From: Thermodesulfobacteriota bacterium
GTDB lineage: Bacteria > Desulfobacterota > Desulfovibrionia > Desulfovibrionales > Desulfonatronovibrionaceae
DNA: 64,000 bases
Assembly (NCBI GenBank): GCA_051748085.1
Contig: JBNJHA010000003.1
Coordinates: 8,227-72,226, forward strand
Direction of reading: 5' to 3'
Shown piece by piece: positions 58,673 through 64,000 of the stretch. The translations under genes and the position numbers were made by a program. A model generated the notes under the pieces. It was given only the letters and a program-made list of their open reading frames with translations. It was not told the origin of the DNA and searched no databases. Each line of letters opens with the position of its first letter. The first letter of the stretch is position 1.

Positions 58673-59461
58673 CTAATAGTTCCCGAATTTCATTGCAAAT
58701 TTTTTTCTAAGTTTCGCCAAGCACTGCGAATGGAGCTGGGAGATGCGTCCCTCAGTAATATTAATGACCTGGGCTACTTCCTTCATGGTCAGTTCCTCTA
58801 CATAATACAGGGACAGAACCAACCGCTCCCGTTCAGTCAATTCATCAATAAGTTTGCTTAATTTGTCAACAATATCATGAAAAACAGTAGATGGGAGGGG
58901 ATTGTTTTCCCAGTTTTCTTCATGAATTGTGGAGTAATTATGCTGAACCGCGTCAAAGCTCAGACAAAGCTGATTTTGCAGGGCGTTTAATCCTTCGTCA
59001 ATCTCTGCCGGGCTCATCCCTGTTTTGTCTTGTAGTTCGTCTAAGGTGGGGGATTTGCCGTGCTGTTGTTCAAAATGATGCATGACTTCCTCGATTTTTT
59101 TTATGCGCTTTCTAAGACCGCGGGAGAGCCAGTCCATTTTGCGTAATTCATCAAGCATGGCCCCCCGGATTCGGTTGTCGGCAAATGTCTCGAATTTTAT
59201 GTTCTGTTGGGCATCAAAATTCATCAAGGCTTCCATGAGTCCCATGGTTCCGGCGCTGATAAGTTCTTCCAATTCCACGTGTTTGGGCAGCTTGTTTTTC
59301 AGGCGCAAAGCTGTAATTTTCACTTTTGGAGAATAATCACGAACTATCCTTTCCTGGGTAGCTGGGTCCAAATCATGGAAACCCGTGTCCGATTGCTCCA
59401 GGATAGTCCAGGAATTATTCTTGAAAGAGGAATTTTTTCCAGAAAAATTTGATGTTTCCAT
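58673..59461 (-). CDS. fliA: flagellar sigma factor FliA (sigma-28)
   Basis: Regions 2-4 are recognisable (ELISAGTMGLMEAL, RIRGAMLDELR, LTMKEVAQVINITEGRISQLH). Confidence 0.9.
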   Translation of the reverse strand: METSNFSGKNSSFKNNSWTILEQSDTGFHDLDPATQERIVRDYSPKVKITALRLKNKLPKHVELEELISAGTMGLMEALMNFDAQQNIKFETFADNRIRGAMLDELRKMDWLSRGLRKRIKKIEEVMHHFEQQHGKSPTLDELQDKTGMSPAEIDEGLNALQNQLCLSFDAVQHNYSTIHEENWENNPLPSTVFHDIVDKLSKLIDELTERERLVLSLYYVEELTMKEVAQVINITEGRISQLHSQCLAKLRKKFAMKFGNY

Positions 59462-60227
59462 CCAGTTTCTCAGCCGGTTTCCAGTTGGTTATTTTTTGAG
59501 CGCATTCTTTTACCGCAATTGTCGCTCTTCCCGCATTGGCGGAAGAGAACGGAACCTGGCTTTGGACCGCCTTTTTGATGTCAGCATCCAAGGGCACAAT
59601 ACCGGTAAGGTCCAGGGAGATGCCTTCCAGAAAATGGTCGCAGGCAGCATAAAGCTTTTTAAAGACTTCCCGTCCCTCCTCAGGTTTGCGGCACATATTA
59701 ACCACAATTTTGAATCTGTTTATGCCATGATTGTTATTGAGCACTTTTATCAGGGCATAAGCGTCAGTCAGTGAGGTCGGTTCCGGAGTGAGGACGACTA
59801 ATCTTTCCTGAGCGGCGAGATTGAAGTAGAGAACATTGTCGTTTATGCCTGCCCCGGTATCAACAATCAGAAAATCGAGAGATTCGTCCAGATGATCCAT
59901 GGCCTCGAGCAATTCAAGTTTCTGGCCCGTGCTCAGAGATAGCATTTCGGTAATTCCGGAAGAGGCCGGAAGTATTTTGAAGCCGTAACCGCTTTCCACC
60001 AGGATTTCATCCAGTCCCAATCCGGATTTGAACAGATGAAATATGTTGTATTCCGGAGTAAGCCCCAACAAAACATCAACATTGGCCAGGCCCAGATCGG
60101 CGTCCAGCAAGAGCACTTTTTTGTTCATGCGCGCCAGGCAATAGGCCATATTAACCGCTAGATTGGTTTTGCCCACTCCGCCTTTGCCGGAAGTTACAGA
60201 GAATACAACAGGAAGCTTTTTATTCAT
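59415..60227 (-). CDS. flhG: MinD/ParA-type flagellar number regulator FlhG (FleN/YlxH)
   Basis: It has the deviant Walker A SGKGGVGKT and a C-terminal amphipathic tail KFFWKKFLF. Confidence 0.9.
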   Translation of the reverse strand: MNKKLPVVFSVTSGKGGVGKTNLAVNMAYCLARMNKKVLLLDADLGLANVDVLLGLTPEYNIFHLFKSGLGLDEILVESGYGFKILPASSGITEMLSLSTGQKLELLEAMDHLDESLDFLIVDTGAGINDNVLYFNLAAQERLVVLTPEPTSLTDAYALIKVLNNNHGINRFKIVVNMCRKPEEGREVFKKLYAACDHFLEGISLDLTGIVPLDADIKKAVQSQVPFSSANAGRATIAVKECAQKITNWKPAEKLDGNIKFFWKKFLFQE

Positions 60228-61314
60228 TTGGATTTCCTGTAATTTTGCCCGAAGGCATTTTATGTTTGAATAATAATTGCCAGATATCGTTTTTTGCTAC
60301 TTTTAATGTGGAATCCTTTATTCCGGTGCCGAATCCTAGACCAGAAAGGGGGAGGCCAGTTTTCCAGACAGTATTCAGTATGGTCCCATAAACACAAGCC
60401 TCATCCAATTTGGTCCAGATCATGCTTTTTACGCACGGGTGCGCGTATTTTTGAATGTAATTGCGCATATGAACATCTGCGTATACCGGGCTCATGACCA
60501 TATGCAGATCCATGTTCCGGGGTGCGCCCCCGCGCTGCTCCAGCCATTTTTTCAGGTCGATTCCGGGAGTCATGCCCGGCAGATCGACCAGGACCATGTC
60601 GAATTTTTTGCGGAGCCGGGGCAGGTTTGCCCATTGTGCGGGAGAGGAAACCTCCTGATAGGCGAATCCGGAAAGGTCGCAGTAATGTTTCAAAAACAGC
60701 CGTCCCGCGGCATGCATCCCGTCGGCATTAGCCAGACACAGTGAAATGTTCTTGTGTTTTCTTTTACACTCCAAAGCATATCTGACAAGCGAAGTTGTCT
60801 TGCCGACCCCGTTCGGGCCGCAAAAGGCCATGAGTTTCTGCTTGGGGAAATGATTTGGGCGCAGGTCGCAGATGGAAATAAATTCTCCCAGAATGGCCAG
60901 CGTGGGTTTTGAATTCTGTCTGAGTCTCTGCCAGATACACATAAGCAGTTCCGGTGCCAGTCCTTCTTTTTCCAGATGTTCCAGACCCAGGGCCTGCTTC
61001 GCACTCAGACCGGATTTGTCCAGGCCGGGACGGACAAGATCGAAAACCGTTTTTTTGAATATTTCCCATTCCTGTCTCCAGTCAGCGTTTAAACCCATCT
61101 CAGTATTTTCTTGACCGGAAAGGGTGTTCTCCAATTTTTTGGTTGGACTATCACTCCCGGATTCATTCTCCACGCCGGCGACAACATCGCAAATCGATTT
61201 TCCGTTTTCCTTGCGGTGATCCGTGCTCAGGATGGCAGCCTGAGGTCCCAATTCAGCCTTTATCCGGGGCATGATTTCAGAAAGCGTGCGTCCTGAGTAG
61301 GTCTTAACCTGCAT
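60220..61314 (-). CDS. flhF: flagellar SRP-type GTPase FlhF
   Basis: GPNGVGKTT, DLPGM and TKLDE are present. Confidence 0.9.
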   Translation of the reverse strand: MQVKTYSGRTLSEIMPRIKAELGPQAAILSTDHRKENGKSICDVVAGVENESGSDSPTKKLENTLSGQENTEMGLNADWRQEWEIFKKTVFDLVRPGLDKSGLSAKQALGLEHLEKEGLAPELLMCIWQRLRQNSKPTLAILGEFISICDLRPNHFPKQKLMAFCGPNGVGKTTSLVRYALECKRKHKNISLCLANADGMHAAGRLFLKHYCDLSGFAYQEVSSPAQWANLPRLRKKFDMVLVDLPGMTPGIDLKKWLEQRGGAPRNMDLHMVMSPVYADVHMRNYIQKYAHPCVKSMIWTKLDEACVYGTILNTVWKTGLPLSGLGFGTGIKDSTLKVAKNDIWQLLFKHKMPSGKITGNPNE

Positions 61315-63412
61315 CGTCCATCCTCAGTATTTTAACGGATTCAAGCTTGATGTCCGGAGGAATTTCCGCCTGGGAAATAACCGGAAGGTTTGGGATAAAT
61401 CTTTGTATAAGCTGTGCCAGATGCTGCCGGGCTATTGGAGAAGCCAACAGAACCGGCTGGCCGTCGGTAACGGTATTTTTTTCCATAAATTTGTTCAGGG
61501 CCTGGATTATTTTTTGTGCCCTGGAGGGTTCAAGAGCCAGAAAACTTCCCTGATCAGTTTTACGTACACTGTCCTGAATGGTTTTTTCCAGTTTTTCATC
61601 AAAGGTTATGATCGGCAGAACATTTTGGGAGGACAGATAAGGCCGGGTCACCGCCCGGTTCATTTTCTGACGTATCAGTTCAGTGAGCTGATCGGAATCC
61701 TTGGTATGGGTTCCGAAATCAGCCAGATTTTCCACGATTGTCAAGAGATCGCGTATGGAGACCGATTCCCGGACAAGGTTCTGCAATACCTTTTGCACCG
61801 TTCCCAGATTGAGAATGCTGGGTACCAGATCTTCCACCGCCTTGGGCGCACGCTGCGCCAGGTTGTCCAAAAGACTTTGCACTTCCTGTCTTCCCAGGAA
61901 TTCATGCAGATTATGCTTGAATACTTCAGTCAGATGCGTGGCAATGACCGTCGACGGATCGACCACGGTGTAGCCGGCCATGGATGCTTCTTCCTTGCGT
62001 TCCTTGGGAATCCACAAAGCGGGCAGGTTGAACGCGGGTTCAAGCGTTTCCACTCCCTTGATCCGGTGCTTAACATTACCGGGATCCATTGCCAGATAGT
62101 GATCGATCATGATTTCCGCTCGCGCCACCTCGTTGCCTTTGATGACTACCGCGTATTCGCCGGGTTTCAGCTGCAGATTGTCCCTTAGATGCAGGGAGGG
62201 AATTATGACTCCCATATCCAATGCAAACTGCCTCCGGATTGATTTAATGCGCGAAAGAAGATTTCCGTTTTGCTCCTCATCAACCAGGGGGATAAGGCCA
62301 TACCCGACCTCAAGTTCGAGCATATCCAGAGGCAGAAGGGTTTGGACTTCTTCCGGAGTATCCGCGGTCTTTTCTTCGGTTTTCTGATTCTTGTCCGCTT
62401 CCTTCTTTTCCAGCATGGCCCTGTTTCTGGCCGACATAATGGAGATAATGAAGATTATCGCGGAAAGGAGTCCGAATGCCAGGGTCGGCATGCCTGGAAC
62501 AAGGGCGAACATAAGCAAAACGCCGGATACAAGACGCAAGGCACGGGGATGGTAGGTCAATTGACCGATCAATTCCTCGCCCATCTGCGCTTCGGCAGCC
62601 GCGCGGCTGACTATCATACCGGCCGATGTGGAGACTATAAGCGAAGGTATGGTGGAAACCAGTCCATCGCCGATTGTCAGCAGGGTATATGTCTGGGCGG
62701 CTTCCATCCAGCCCATGCCCTTTTGCATGATGCCGATAAAAAGACCGCCGACGATATTGATTACCGTAATAAGTATCCCGGCGTTTACATCCCCTTCAAC
62801 GAATTTTCCTGCACCGTCCATGGCACCGTAAAAGTCGGATTCCTTGCGGATTGCTTCGCGTTGCCTTTTGGCTTCCTGTTCATCGATCATGCCCGCGTTT
62901 AGGTCGGCTTCGATAGACATCTGTTTTCCAGGCATGGAGTCCAGGGTGAATCTGGCAGCAACTTCGGCGATACGCGTGGTTCCTTTGGTGATGACCATTT
63001 TGTTCAGGGCGAAGAGAATCAGAAAGATAATGACGCCGATGACGAAATTGCCTCCGACAACGAATTGCCCAAAGGCCTCGATGACGTTTCCGGCCGCGCT
63101 CGGCCCCCTGTCGCCATGCAGGAGAATGAGCCGGGTGGAAGCGACATTAAGGGCCAGACGATTGAGCGTTGTGATCAGTAAAATAGAGGGAAAGATTGAA
63201 AATTCCAGGGGGGAACCCATGAACATGGTTGTCAGCAAAATGACCAGGGAGAAGGAAATGCTGAACGAGAGCATGAGATCCAGAATTATGGTCGGCAACG
63301 GGATCAGCATCACAAAAAGGATGATGACTACTCCTCCGGCAAGGAGCAAGTCTCCCTGTTTGGAGAAGCGCGAGTAATCCAGGTTTAAGACTGCCGACTG
63401 TTTTGCTGCCAT
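61304..63412 (-). CDS. flhA: flagellar export apparatus protein FlhA
   Basis: 702 aa. FPSILLITTL and EVAARFTLDSMPGKQMSIEADL are present, together with a cytoplasmic C-terminal domain. Confidence 0.97.
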   Translation of the reverse strand: MAAKQSAVLNLDYSRFSKQGDLLLAGGVVIILFVMLIPLPTIILDLMLSFSISFSLVILLTTMFMGSPLEFSIFPSILLITTLNRLALNVASTRLILLHGDRGPSAAGNVIEAFGQFVVGGNFVIGVIIFLILFALNKMVITKGTTRIAEVAARFTLDSMPGKQMSIEADLNAGMIDEQEAKRQREAIRKESDFYGAMDGAGKFVEGDVNAGILITVINIVGGLFIGIMQKGMGWMEAAQTYTLLTIGDGLVSTIPSLIVSTSAGMIVSRAAAEAQMGEELIGQLTYHPRALRLVSGVLLMFALVPGMPTLAFGLLSAIIFIISIMSARNRAMLEKKEADKNQKTEEKTADTPEEVQTLLPLDMLELEVGYGLIPLVDEEQNGNLLSRIKSIRRQFALDMGVIIPSLHLRDNLQLKPGEYAVVIKGNEVARAEIMIDHYLAMDPGNVKHRIKGVETLEPAFNLPALWIPKERKEEASMAGYTVVDPSTVIATHLTEVFKHNLHEFLGRQEVQSLLDNLAQRAPKAVEDLVPSILNLGTVQKVLQNLVRESVSIRDLLTIVENLADFGTHTKDSDQLTELIRQKMNRAVTRPYLSSQNVLPIITFDEKLEKTIQDSVRKTDQGSFLALEPSRAQKIIQALNKFMEKNTVTDGQPVLLASPIARQHLAQLIQRFIPNLPVISQAEIPPDIKLESVKILRMDDAG

Positions 63413-63430
63413 AAAATTGACATCCGTGTT

Positions 63431-64000
63431 TTATCCGGGTTGTTTCTTGTATTTATAGAGATCGGCCAGGATTGCGGCCACCGCCTTGTACATTTCCTCG
63501 GGTATTGATTCTCCTATTTCCACACTCTTATACAAAGCCTGTGCCAACGGCTTGTTTTCTTTAATGGGGATATTGTTTTCCTTTGCGATTTCCTTGATTT
63601 TTTCCGCAATAATATCCGCACCTTTGGCCAAAACCAGCGGAGCGGGGGCCCTTGTCGGATCATACTTGATGGCCACCGCGAGGTGAGTAGGGTTGGTAAT
63701 AACCACGTCGGCCTCCGGAACTTCTTTTATCATGCGCTGCTGTATGGACGAGAGCATCTTCTGCCTCTGTTCCTTTTTTATTTCCGGATTTCCTTCGGCC
63801 TGTTTACGTTCATCCTTGACTTCATCCTTGGTCATTTTCAGGTTTTCTTCATAGTCCCAACGCTGGTAAACCAGATCTATTATGGCGATTATGACCATCG
63901 GAACCAGGGCGTAGATAAAGGTTTTGTAGCTTAATTCCAGGATAAAAATAGTTATGCCTTCTACACTCTTATGGAAAAGAGGCAGCAGGTTGTTCATTTC
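63431..64000 (-). CDS. flhB: flagellar export protein FlhB, C-terminal part (the N-terminus lies beyond the window end)
   Basis: It has the autocleavage motif NPTHLAVA. The reading frame is open to the window edge. Confidence 0.9.
   Translation of the reverse strand, partial: EMNNLLPLFHKSVEGITIFILELSYKTFIYALVPMVIIAIIDLVYQRWDYEENLKMTKDEVKDERKQAEGNPEIKKEQRQKMLSSIQQRMIKEVPEADVVITNPTHLAVAIKYDPTRAPAPLVLAKGADIIAEKIKEIAKENNIPIKENKPLAQALYKSVEIGESIPEEMYKAVAAILADLYKYKKQPG

Noticed and set aside
61403-63377. Several plus-strand ORFs (61403..62188, 62270..62902, 62844..63377)
   Set aside because: All are antisense to flhA, one of the most confidently identified genes in the window.

Overview
This window is a gene-dense chromosomal segment, about 90% coding. 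It most resembles a flagellated sulfate-reducer-type deltaproteobacterium (Desulfobacterales-like); that taxon call is an inference from gene content. I support about 58 protein genes. Housekeeping genes are pdxA (partial), glgA, glgP, murJ, argD, dut, tlyA, aroK, aroC, proA, ligA, dapB, uvrA, hypF, ispH and dus. Signalling genes are two NtrC-type sigma-54 two-component pairs (one NtrY/NtrX-like with a DUF4390 gene), an orphan PAS kinase, and a CheR-HDOD-CheX module. A MoxR/DUF58/transglutaminase triad and an NSS transporter with a micro-ORF partner are also present. The right end carries a flagellar export/regulation block: flhB (partial)-flhA-flhF-flhG-fliA-cheY-fliL-like, continuing to cheV. 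I found no rRNA, tRNA, CRISPR array, intact transposase, prophage or recognisable defence island. I also found no convincing novel multi-gene protein system. The unusual signals are all non-coding. (1) A ~300-bp non-coding element occurs in three copies with 12-bp terminal inverted repeats (GGCTCTTCGACG) and imperfect 8-bp flanking duplications, so it looks like a MITE. (2) A ~40-nt imperfect palindrome (GTATCTGTTCAC-N17-GTGAACAGTTAC) recurs in at least nine intergenic sites, always in the same orientation and always with the same mismatch. A 27-nt identical version sits upstream of two different sensor kinase genes. (3) A ~160-nt extended imperfect hairpin lies directly upstream of, and co-oriented with, the 5-formyl-THF cyclo-ligase gene, which is the classic position of 6S RNA. 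All functional calls come from motifs visible in the translations. No database search was run.
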